In this document: in pieces, positions 58,201 to 64,000 of the stretch | How positions within the stretch are numbered: position 1 is the first letter of the stretch | Layout of the letters: each line of letters opens with the position of its first letter | Virus record (IMG/VR): IMGVR_UViG_3300021256_000006 | Location: 1-64,000 of that record | Strand: one strand, 5' to 3' | DNA length: 64,000 nucleotides | Source of the DNA: a virus | Notes under the pieces: model-generated | The model's database searches: none | The model's input: only the letters and a program-made list of their open reading frames with translations | Told to the model about the DNA's origin: nothing | Made by a program: the position numbers and the translations under genes

Positions 58201-59020
58201 TGCCTTTTTGGAGACTTTTTAGGCTTTTTTCAAGAAGAAGACCTCTGGCCTCTTTGTATTTGTCATTGAATAGTTCAATTTGCTTTGCGCTTGCACCACT
58301 ATACTCACCCATCTCTTTCCAAAACATGGCAGACCGTTCTAAATCTTCCCGACTCATGCTTTCTGTCAGTTTCTTCAACGAGCCATTGAGATACCCAATG
58401 CGTAATTTTGCATTGGTAGCGTTCTCGCCCATCTGCGCAAATGCCTTGTTGCTGTTTTCGTAATTGTCAGCAAGTGCTTTTCCGCTTTGTTCGTAGGTCT
58501 TAATATATCGTGTCAATTCCTCTACTCCCAACGAACTCGTCTTCAGTTTTGCCGTCATGTCCTGGAACCCTTGCCCAATAGCATTGGCTTGTGCTTGCAG
58601 TCCTGTCATTTCCTTAACAAGTCCTGCGATATGGCCTCTCAACTTTTCTGCTTCGGCTGCATCAAGGTCTTTGAGGCTGATGCTCTTGACACCCTTAATG
58701 ATAGACTTAGTGGCTGTCTCCAGTTTCTTGCCCGACTCCACCGTCTTGTTGTTGATGATGTCAAGAACGGTGCTTGCTTGTTTCCCAAGGTCCTGAAGAA
58801 GTTTCTTCTGTCGCTCATAATAGGCGTTTGCTTTATCCACGTTCTTTGCCTGAGCCTTGTAAGCCTCAGTACCTGCAGAAAGTGTTTTCAGCAATTCCTT
58901 TTGGTCTTTCAAAGAATCCTTTGCGTTCTTTGCAATCTTCTTCTGAGCTTCATACACGGCATCCATTCCGCTGATGCCGAACTTGACCACCCTCTCCTGT
59001 AAAATTCGTTTGTCTGCCAT
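52280..59020 (-). CDS. tail tape measure protein
   Basis: 2246 aa with long coiled coils. TMP core-like segment GATGSVTGLTMQQIFGLGGAFSSLGETMERSSTATQRVV. Internal hydrophobic helices. Confidence 0.8.
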   Translation of the reverse strand: MADKRILQERVVKFGISGMDAVYEAQKKIAKNAKDSLKDQKELLKTLSAGTEAYKAQAKNVDKANAYYERQKKLLQDLGKQASTVLDIINNKTVESGKKLETATKSIIKGVKSISLKDLDAAEAEKLRGHIAGLVKEMTGLQAQANAIGQGFQDMTAKLKTSSLGVEELTRYIKTYEQSGKALADNYENSNKAFAQMGENATNAKLRIGYLNGSLKKLTESMSREDLERSAMFWKEMGEYSGASAKQIELFNDKYKEARGLLLEKSLKSLQKGIMDLRTPEEVQKSVEYLQKFAQQTNLTEEYANKLNSAIARGTQYLQTYQDASKYKAGTSMFTQMSVEMDHVSELSKSEIANLQKYWTTVQEKAKQGSQEIETATVHLKALNAELEYRKQLSTISEGQALVTQVNNGQFQGTIKETEEAIKKIQAYKSELRTDDRSGLEATTNAINKLNEALAQTKQDVIDGEQAFNNLHDAAIEGVGRVVKILPSSTKELQAIRTNLEAFKKSLKNADPEQLKQIETMLTAIDRKTKQVASSEIKWEKYRGSELKKRSLTELKNAYETLKKEIESLSPAQKEYNEKAMQLKAINEQVKRLNGHMAHHVSTLENAFSRLKNYVMIYIGFNALMNKTREIIHNTIELSDQMTNVQKVTQLTTEEIEHMTNAIQSIDTRMSNQQLMEMAEQAGKLGIATREGADGLVSFVKEGQKILNTLGDIGGAEAINDLLKVNDVVNKQSEGLEKDLNKIGSAILNVGNNSKATYADVVEFTKRLGATGSVTGLTMQQIFGLGGAFSSLGETMERSSTATQRVVLGIVSHTKDVAQALNIGYDELDQMIQAGKTFEALELVLTELGEQGPAVYDNFFKAIGGRNNVQARNAMALLSQHIGELNYQVALAEEGFAEGTLVTQEFERANNNLAGVMAQVGNEFYEMTTSVEGTNSSMLTAANTLLGFVKWLREWNILGGVVIATLLVLTKQLIVNAKAWWQDSVAAALNESTYKGFKGTLFGLIQIMYQGVKVLALKTAALLGSAVAAEKARQATERFKIAWSSNWIGLVLTALGMLIGYLMRTAKATADARKSLGELQNKVEDEIASLNSLYRSLKNVNLAQQDRTNKINAFNRMFGGYLSKLLREEDVAKRLKIAYHEAAAAIREKNAAAMEEKGKQAAEEASGDDQREAIGAMIEALMQGNLGENWAKRKGISSYDRSNIASSIQSVVLQMTEEGIPQSKSEQEKLKQRIQAELGRRLGNDQRLVATTWGTGGDSNTKYETNQLTGQIMMVRGGKRVAAKSQSRTTRLQKAVNDYINAVFEGEMVRAPFVEQAKGQKQMAQDEEIRLMTELRKQIVAAQQNPQKTGMEYRELYANITKYRELNEKYDKDPRNKYGDKYSKEFAKAIPQLLEYIKPWGKTSFDLSEQAGADLADVVDFFNDIYKNWRSGQDIQRTSAHKTPAGVTIPSDINFWTKEQIRNWAYTNWQEAKKMQETDNFANPKGDFKDFTDKKGGKKETEMKELMDATLKKLEEYYERRKMMAEKYLNEGMIGEDEYNRYMYANEQEHLLERENLRKKWLDSSHEFATEGVKDLMKGVDFPALSEFLKGMGQNMVDGIKLNIAKDENELEKNIRANREKILKVLLDERPIAKVAESFTKDLADLGVLWNDADEAMLHTEEETRKMMIERMSFLMEEAKKGYALTAEELKEDAKKNGNPAINAWIESLSPDALSALVLKTQSFYDDYEDATRKMIKKIERRIELERSMVGEDGLSQNQRWEERTNRLSRRQQTEGVAESWGMAGNDVAGVTTSEYSNIDILKEELAIKKEQYLLDKERYAKEIAAIQKRIELEGDPKEKALLMQEAEALKTASMKAEAEAWHDVEEAQRNATQAQFELMTNSVEQIKPYYDNLHSFAEDFGANMFGKKEDRQQAAREALANLIQTTGKMLTQWLVYVSTKQMFDKMEVLNEQVKQQQLLAIELEAQAAKMKVWGQTAQAEETVKLAQNATDAASAQAKEASRAGWIGWAIGAGLSLLMTMVFSALSAKARSAISAATGVSSGSAGKLATGMLTYGKGRYPVYANGAYADDGNGRVQGQLVSVRGNDGQTYAAKYQPNLKTGVVNGPHLGIVGEKGAEVIIDHQTYEGLKRYDPETLRRIYAMKQYGMRSIDFSKTARMGNEVVMNRGGVRAYADGNIGEVISPASMPSTDGTMESMRQTLSELSSVLADIKQTGIPAIVDYYGKYGMRATGKKGDRFAQRRGIDL

Positions 59021-59094
59021 AGCTGTGCTTGTTATTTGTGCTTGTGTTATTTGTGTCTGTTTTTGTATGGTTATACAATTTTAATTGCTTCTCC

Positions 59095-59118
59095 CTGCGT
59101 CCAGCGGTTTTCCAGCTG
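59095..59118 (+). repeat. hairpin motif copy (one stem mismatch)
   Basis: CTGCGTCCAGCGGTTTTCCAGCTG. Followed by a CCCTCAT-type pyrimidine heptamer tract at about 59150-59258. Confidence 0.8.
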
Positions 59119-59254
59119 TCTCTCTCCTTTCCCCTCTCTTCGTCTTCGTTTTCGTCCTCCTCCCTCCTGCGCCCGCCGGTCCTCTCTCCCCTCTCCTCTC
59201 TTCCCTCATCCCTCATCCCTCATACATCTTCCCTCATCCCTCTTCCCTCTTCCC

Positions 59255-61174
59255 TCACCATCTCCGGCTCCCCCATCTTCCGTTCTTCCATGCGTTATGA
59301 CTTCTTCCGCTCCACATCGTCTGCTCTTTCATACCAAACTTGCAAAGTCCTCGCATGATATTGTCGAAGGCATCGCTCATGTCGGTGTAGTTGTTGCTGC
59401 CCAGTTCATCATCTGTACTCATCCCATCACCGCTTGTGCGCTTCTCTGGAGCCTTGTACTTGTGCAACTTGCCCATCTTTGTCGTCGTCTTTGAGTTCTC
59501 CAGCGAGGCCACAAGATAGTCATTGCGAATAGCGTTAATTCGTGGCATATACCGCTCTTTACCGGCAAAGCACGCATTGATAAACTCAAACTTCACATCG
59601 TGGAACATCGGATTGCCCATGTCAATCATGATGACATTCCATCCATGATTTTCGAGTGATTCACGGATGATATTGTAGAAGTAGTATCGTTCATCGTTTC
59701 CAGCGCGACTGGCATACGAGCGCCCTTGCTTGCCTGTGCTGTCATAGTATAGCACGACGTCTTTGCAGGTGTACTGGTGTGGAGCGTAGTAATTGTGCCA
59801 CTTCTCCATAAGGTCTTCCAGCATCTTTGGATTCTTCATGAACATGCTGGATAGGATGATGGCGCTTTCTGTGCCATCCATCATGCCCGTCTGTGCAGTC
59901 ACCACCGTATTCACGTTGGAGTTGTAGTCATGAGCAATATAGAGTGGCTTGCCCGGCTGCATATCCACGTCAAGGGTGCAGTTGCCGCCTACGGCACCGA
60001 GTTCCTGAAGGTCTGGCGCCTCATAATCGTAGGTCTTGCTGTAAGCTCCGAGGTCAATGTTGGCCTTGTGCTTGGACTGAAACTTGCTGTAAATACGGTT
60101 GGTCTCATCGCTTTGGCTTGGCGTGTAGCCGTGAATATCCATGTCGAAGTTCGGATAAAAGCGCTGTGACTTGTCTAACGTGGCTTTCTTTCCAAGAATC
60201 TGCACGTTGTACAAGAGGTCTGGCATGTCTCGTTTTCGGTCTGCCATGTACTGCATTCCTAAAATGCTGGCATTGTAAAACGAAGAGAACCTAAAGAACA
60301 CTCTGGACTGGCACCTCAAATAGCGGAGCCGTTCTACAAACTTGGGCGCATGGGATAATTGCCAGGCTGCATCCGTCGTGTATCGACCGTCTTTCTTGTT
60401 GGCTTCATCATATTCTTCTGCATATTTCAGTTGCGCCAGCATCTCGCAGATGAGGTCATTGTAGTCTCCCGTTTGGTCTTCTTCCATGCATTCCCACTCT
60501 TGCTGCTTCTTGATGACTCCTGCATCGGAGAAGAAGGACTCGGAGAGGTAAAACGGGTTTTCGTTCCGTCTGTAACCGGGGTGATCATATACTTCGCCAC
60601 GCAGAGCAGGACGCACAGACTCCACATAGTTCCTCCAGTTGGCATATCTTGCCTCGTCCATCAACGAATAGCTGAGGTTCAGACCATTTGCTGGGGCGTA
60701 GGAATTGGTGGAGATGCACATCAGGATATTCCCGTTGATGAACGACAGCACGTTCTCCCATCGGCGAGGAACAGCCATAGGTTTGTCCCATCCCCACCGC
60801 GCGTTGGGCTTTCCGCGCACAAAGTCACGGCCCTCTATGATGCCAAAAGTCTCCATCGACTTCACAAGGTTGGGCATCAGGATGGCAAACACCTGCTTGA
60901 TGGTGGCGCCAAACAACGCACCTGTTGCCCTCGGCAAGGTGGCTACGCACCCATGTAGCCGGGTGGATTCAAAGGTGGTCTTGCCCAGACCACGACCGCC
61001 GCACATAGCCATTGACTTGCTGCCCATGTTGTGTGCCAGCCGTTGTGCGGGATTAAGATACACCTGTTTGGTCCCACTCGCCATAGGTGTCTCTTCCGTC
61101 TCGCTAAACATCAATGGGTACTGCTTGGCCACGTCTTTGATGTTATCCTCTAATGTAAGCCCATTTCTTGCCAT
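59255..61174 (-). CDS. terL: terminase large subunit
   Basis: Walker A CGGRGLGKTT and Walker B LSYSLMDEA. C-terminal nuclease-like half. 639 aa. Confidence 0.8.
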   Translation of the reverse strand: MARNGLTLEDNIKDVAKQYPLMFSETEETPMASGTKQVYLNPAQRLAHNMGSKSMAMCGGRGLGKTTFESTRLHGCVATLPRATGALFGATIKQVFAILMPNLVKSMETFGIIEGRDFVRGKPNARWGWDKPMAVPRRWENVLSFINGNILMCISTNSYAPANGLNLSYSLMDEARYANWRNYVESVRPALRGEVYDHPGYRRNENPFYLSESFFSDAGVIKKQQEWECMEEDQTGDYNDLICEMLAQLKYAEEYDEANKKDGRYTTDAAWQLSHAPKFVERLRYLRCQSRVFFRFSSFYNASILGMQYMADRKRDMPDLLYNVQILGKKATLDKSQRFYPNFDMDIHGYTPSQSDETNRIYSKFQSKHKANIDLGAYSKTYDYEAPDLQELGAVGGNCTLDVDMQPGKPLYIAHDYNSNVNTVVTAQTGMMDGTESAIILSSMFMKNPKMLEDLMEKWHNYYAPHQYTCKDVVLYYDSTGKQGRSYASRAGNDERYYFYNIIRESLENHGWNVIMIDMGNPMFHDVKFEFINACFAGKERYMPRINAIRNDYLVASLENSKTTTKMGKLHKYKAPEKRTSGDGMSTDDELGSNNYTDMSDAFDNIMRGLCKFGMKEQTMWSGRSHNAWKNGRWGSRRW

Positions 61175-61175
61175 A

Positions 61176-61252
61176 TCAATTCCCTAATTGTCAACTATCA
61201 ACTGTCAACTATCAACTGTCAGCTATCAACTGTCAATTATCAATTCCCTCCT
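61176..61252. repeat. heptamer array (TGTCAAC/TATCAAC class)
   Basis: Direct reading. Immediately followed by hairpin motif copy 61256-61279 (CTGCGTCCAGCGGTTCGCCCGCTG). Confidence 0.85.
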
Positions 61253-61895
61253 CCCCTGCGTCCAGCGGTTCGCCCGCTGGTTCATCCATCTTGTGTGTAA
61301 TACGGTTCCCAACTTCCACTTCCTGCTTCTCCTTCAACTTATCCAGTGCTTTTTCAATCTTCTCATCATGTTCATCAATATGCGCATCCCATTGTCGCAT
61401 AATGCCCAGCAAAGTCTTGTCGCCAATCGTTTTGCGGTCAGGGTCAAGCACCTCGACGTAGGGAGTGTACACAAAGGCTTGTGGTCTGATTTGCTTGTCT
61501 TCAACCTCCGGCTCTGGCTTGTCAAGTTGATTGGCTCTTGTCAGCACCTTGGCAGCATCGAGCATGCCTTTTCGGTCGTTCACTGCCGCAGAATCTCGCA
61601 TGACCTTTTCGCTGGCCCAGTTCACCAGGTCTTTCGCCTTCTGCCGTGTCATGCGCTGAAAGTTGTTGCGGATATACTCGAAGTAAACCATGTCCTCAGC
61701 AATCATGGACGGTGAATGTTTGAACTTCCACCGTAGGCACTGAACCACATCCATGCAAGGATTCTCGTTGTACATGTCGTACAGCGAAAACAAGTCATTA
61801 AGCCTCTTGCGAACGTGCACAAGTTCCGTCAGTTCGTGTGCCGGAATGCCGTTCACGAAGTGTGACTGAATAAAAGGTGTCAAATCTGTCTTCAT
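61233..61895 (-). CDS. hypothetical protein (possible small terminase by position)
   Basis: ATG at 61895 (MKTDLTPF). The track start at 61913 is a TTG inside the repeat array. Lies directly upstream of terL. Confidence 0.5.
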   Translation of the reverse strand: MKTDLTPFIQSHFVNGIPAHELTELVHVRKRLNDLFSLYDMYNENPCMDVVQCLRWKFKHSPSMIAEDMVYFEYIRNNFQRMTRQKAKDLVNWASEKVMRDSAAVNDRKGMLDAAKVLTRANQLDKPEPEVEDKQIRPQAFVYTPYVEVLDPDRKTIGDKTLLGIMRQWDAHIDEHDEKIEKALDKLKEKQEVEVGNRITHKMDEPAGEPLDAGEEGIDN

Positions 61896-61897
61896 AT

Positions 61898-62000
61898 AAC
61901 TGTCAACTATCAACTATCAACTATCAACTATCAATTCCTCATTCCTAATTCCTAACTCCTAATTCCTAACTCCTCACTCCTAACTCCTCACTCCTAACTC
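61898..62000. repeat. heptamer array (TATCAAC units then ANTCCTN units)
   Basis: Direct reading. Confidence 0.85.
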
Positions 62001-62302
62001 ATCATTCTCAATTTCATCTCTTTCTCTATCTCTTTCAGCAGTATTTTTTTTTCTGCCTTTTCGTCTGCGAGGCTCTTGATGGCTGTGTCGTATTGGTCCT
62101 GTGCCATCTTCATGTGGCGGTCAAGTTCTTCAATCGCGCCCTCGGCCCATGGAAGGAATGAGGCAAGCGCTTTCACTTCCGTATCCATTGCTTTTTCCTC
62201 TTCGTCCGTGAATGGCACCATGGGGCGCTCATGCATGACTCTTAAATACTCTTGTTCCATCTCTTTCAGGTATTTACACTTTGCGCACAACGCTCTCCAC
62301 AA
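61994..62302 (-). CDS. hypothetical protein
   Basis: 102-aa ORF. Alternative non-overlapping ATG at 62260. Confidence 0.5.
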   Translation of the reverse strand: MWRALCAKCKYLKEMEQEYLRVMHERPMVPFTDEEEKAMDTEVKALASFLPWAEGAIEELDRHMKMAQDQYDTAIKSLADEKAEKKILLKEIEKEMKLRMMS

Positions 62303-62693
62303 ACACCATCATTGATTTTTGGTCGTAGATTCCGACATACAAAGGCTTTACGTCTTGGTCAACGACCGTGAAATGCAGCAAGTGCACTTCTTCTTTCTTC
62401 ACACCGTCCGATTCTCCTGCACTTCTGCGCTCATGATTCACATGGGCGAGAATACGGTCTAAATAGAACTTGACCTGCTCTTCAAACACCAGCTCTTCAA
62501 ACCATGAGTGATTCAAGATGGCAACAATTTTGAGCAGCCATTTCTTCCAGCGTGCCATTTTGTGCGCACGCAAAGCAAAGTCAAACATACTTGTATCAAG
62601 GAGTTCCTGATACAAGTCCTGACGGATAAAGACATGAGGCGTGTCAACGTCCACCGCCAAACGGTCATTTTTTAATTCGTCCCTAATATTCAT
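62274..62693 (-). CDS. hypothetical protein
   Basis: ATG at 62693 (MNIRDELKNDR). The track TTG start at 62729 lies inside the repeat array. Confidence 0.5.
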   Translation of the reverse strand: MNIRDELKNDRLAVDVDTPHVFIRQDLYQELLDTSMFDFALRAHKMARWKKWLLKIVAILNHSWFEELVFEEQVKFYLDRILAHVNHERRSAGESDGVKKEEVHLLHFTVVDQDVKPLYVGIYDQKSMMVFVESVVRKV

Positions 62694-62817
62694 ATTCCTA
62701 ATTATCAATTGTCTAATGTCTAATGTCAAAAGTCACAGGCCGAATGGCAATTATCAACTGTCAACTGTCAACTATCAACTATCAATTCCTAATTCCTCAT
62801 TCCTAATTCCTAATTCC
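62694..62817. repeat. composite heptamer array (full copy)
   Basis: TGTCTAA units, then AGTCACAGGCCGAATGGC, then TATCAAC/TGTCAAC units, then ATTCCTN units. It fills the whole intergenic gap. Confidence 0.85.
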
Positions 62818-63442
62818 GATAAGGCCTACTTTTCACGTCCACATAATTGTCCTCCAGCGTATAATCATCGGTGGACCCGTTCTTAAACGGAGCGTGCAGG
62901 AGCCGTGCAACCTCTCCCCCAATCTCTGCACCAATTAGGTTAGCGATATGGATGTCAATCAGCACGCCAGCCTCGCTCATCAGCTTATAACTGATACGCT
63001 CAACTTGTCTTCTAATCTCGCTTCGCAGAAACGGTCTGGGTCTGTGGGTCTCCTCACGTCTCGCGTTTTGTGGCACCCCGCTGAAGGATGCTTTCAAGGC
63101 GCTATATCCGTATGTCGAAATCTGTGGCGCTTGAATGTTCTTACTCTTTACACCAACCTTTTTCCCAAGGTCTTTATCCACGCCATAATACTTACCTACG
63201 GCCTGTTCCACGCAGTCTCCGTAGTTCCAGTAAAAAAACTCAACAAGAGCCTCGTTCCCTCCGGCGTTGGTGTGAACAAGCGCCCTTATGCTGTCGCGCA
63301 AAGCTCCGGTGTTATAGATATTCATGCGGTCTATATGGTCAAAAATTTTTCCGACCGTATCTACCACAAAATAATGAAGGATAATGTAAACTTCCGAGGA
63401 AAATTTACGCTCCAGGTCTATTCTGCTATCTAATTGCGCCAT
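62810..63442 (-). CDS. HK97 gp10-like head-tail connector / tail completion protein
   Basis: NTGALRDSI resembles the TGxLRxSI signature of the HK97 gp10 family. Confidence 0.45.
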   Translation of the reverse strand: MAQLDSRIDLERKFSSEVYIILHYFVVDTVGKIFDHIDRMNIYNTGALRDSIRALVHTNAGGNEALVEFFYWNYGDCVEQAVGKYYGVDKDLGKKVGVKSKNIQAPQISTYGYSALKASFSGVPQNARREETHRPRPFLRSEIRRQVERISYKLMSEAGVLIDIHIANLIGAEIGGEVARLLHAPFKNGSTDDYTLEDNYVDVKSRPYRN

Positions 63443-63449
63443 ACACTAA

Positions 63450-63586
63450 CCGTTTTCGTTTTCGTCTTCGTTTTGGTTTTCGTTTCTCCTGCGCTCAGCG
63501 GTTTTCCCGCTGGCCCTCTCTCCTCGTCTCTCCCGCCGTTTTCGTTTTCGTTTTCGTTTCTACTGCGCTCAGCGGTTTTCCCGCTG
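63450..63586 (+). repeat. GTTTTS hexamer arrays plus two hairpin motif copies (63489-63512, 63563-63586)
   Basis: CTGCGCTCAGCGGTTTTCCCGCTG twice, 50 nt apart. A C9 run follows at 63594-63602. Confidence 0.9.
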
Positions 63587-63603
63587 ATTCTCTCCCCCCC
63601 CCA

Positions 63604-64000
63604 TCAGCAATAATTGAACGGCATAACCACATTGACGTGCAGCACCACACTCTCCCAACCGTCTCCAAACGGACCGGTTGTGTCCCAGCTTAGATTGTCC
63701 ACATCAATCCAGAAAGCCAGCCCCATTGTATGATTCTTTTTGGCATCTTTGTGCGCAGAGACAAGGTCTTTGACAAACGCCTCAGTCATGTTTTGGGCGC
63801 GGTCAAGCGCTGCCGCCAGCCCTTGTGCGTTGGCATAGTCTGGCTCTCGGGCATTCATGTACAGTTCAAACGTGGCATACTTGAAGTCGCCTCTTTTCCC
63901 ACCGCCATAATTGAGGTCCATCATGGTAGAGTGAAATATCTCATTGCTCGCATGCTGCAGCATGTCCATCTTGCCCGCAAAGCCGTTGGCCAAAAAGCAC
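63604..64000 (-). CDS. hypothetical structural-module protein, N-terminus beyond window edge
   Basis: The frame stays open from 63993 to the window end. The track start is a TTG. Confidence 0.5.
   Translation of the reverse strand, partial: CFLANGFAGKMDMLQHASNEIFHSTMMDLNYGGGKRGDFKYATFELYMNAREPDYANAQGLAAALDRAQNMTEAFVKDLVSAHKDAKKNHTMGLAFWIDVDNLSWDTTGPFGDGWESVVLHVNVVMPFNYC

Noticed and set aside
59029-59494. Plus-strand ORFs in the tape measure-terL gap (59029-59358, 59036-59494, 59085-59300).
   Set aside because: They are Ser/Pro/Leu-rich translations of the pyrimidine heptamer tract and the hairpin motif, and they lie opposite to the operon direction.
1-64000. Stop-codon reassignment (as seen in some gut phages), a diversity-generating retroelement or retron, or an integrase/att module.
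   Set aside because: Very long ORFs (2246, 1696 and 1135 aa) read cleanly with the standard code. No reverse-transcriptase-like or tyrosine/serine recombinase-like ORF was seen. No template/variable repeat pair was found.

Overview
The window is a contiguous 64-kb piece of a large tailed-phage genome, or possibly a phage-plasmid hybrid. The host is probably Bacteroidota: there are many TAnnTTTG -7 promoter boxes and most gene starts lack a Shine-Dalgarno (SD) sequence. The standard genetic code fits, with uninterrupted ORFs of 2246, 1696 and 1135 aa.

Layout:
- 1-13.5 kb (minus strand): DNA modification and replication genes. These are a DPPY N6A/N4C methyltransferase, a DUF551 protein, a DEDD exonuclease, a DUF4406 protein, a fragmented C5-cytosine methyltransferase locus and a 1135-aa primase-helicase.
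- 13.5-14.3 kb: divergent control region.
- 14.3-22 kb (plus strand): head module with an S49 protease, scaffold, major capsid and a possible portal.
- 22-30.3 kb: plasmid-like replicon region. It holds an HU-like protein, 14 iterons around an AT-rich spacer, a Rep initiator, palindromic operators, a 27-bp perfect inverted repeat and a 14-unit 11-bp tandem array.
- 30.3-50 kb (plus strand): anti-restriction island resembling the leading region of a conjugative element. It includes ArdC, possible PcfK- and PcfJ-like proteins, a stand-alone MutS domain I protein, a 1674-aa DarB-like methylase-helicase and acidic proteins.
- 50-52 kb: small HTH regulators.
- 52.3-64 kb (minus strand): tape measure, large terminase and connector genes.

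Most unusual observations:
1. The C5-methyltransferase locus is broken across three frames. It carries at least six target-recognition-like modules and four G8-G10 tracts sitting on Gly-Gly-Gly codons.
2. A roughly 24-nt hairpin motif, CTGCGYNCAGCGGTTTTCCCGCTG, occurs 11 times, always in the same genomic orientation. It shows compensatory stem changes, and two copies lie in frame inside a gene.
3. Modular heptamer-repeat arrays fill many intergenic gaps.
4. Several structured-RNA candidates are present.

No rRNA, canonical tRNA, CRISPR array, integrase or transposase was seen. All similarity calls were made by eye from motifs, not from database searches.
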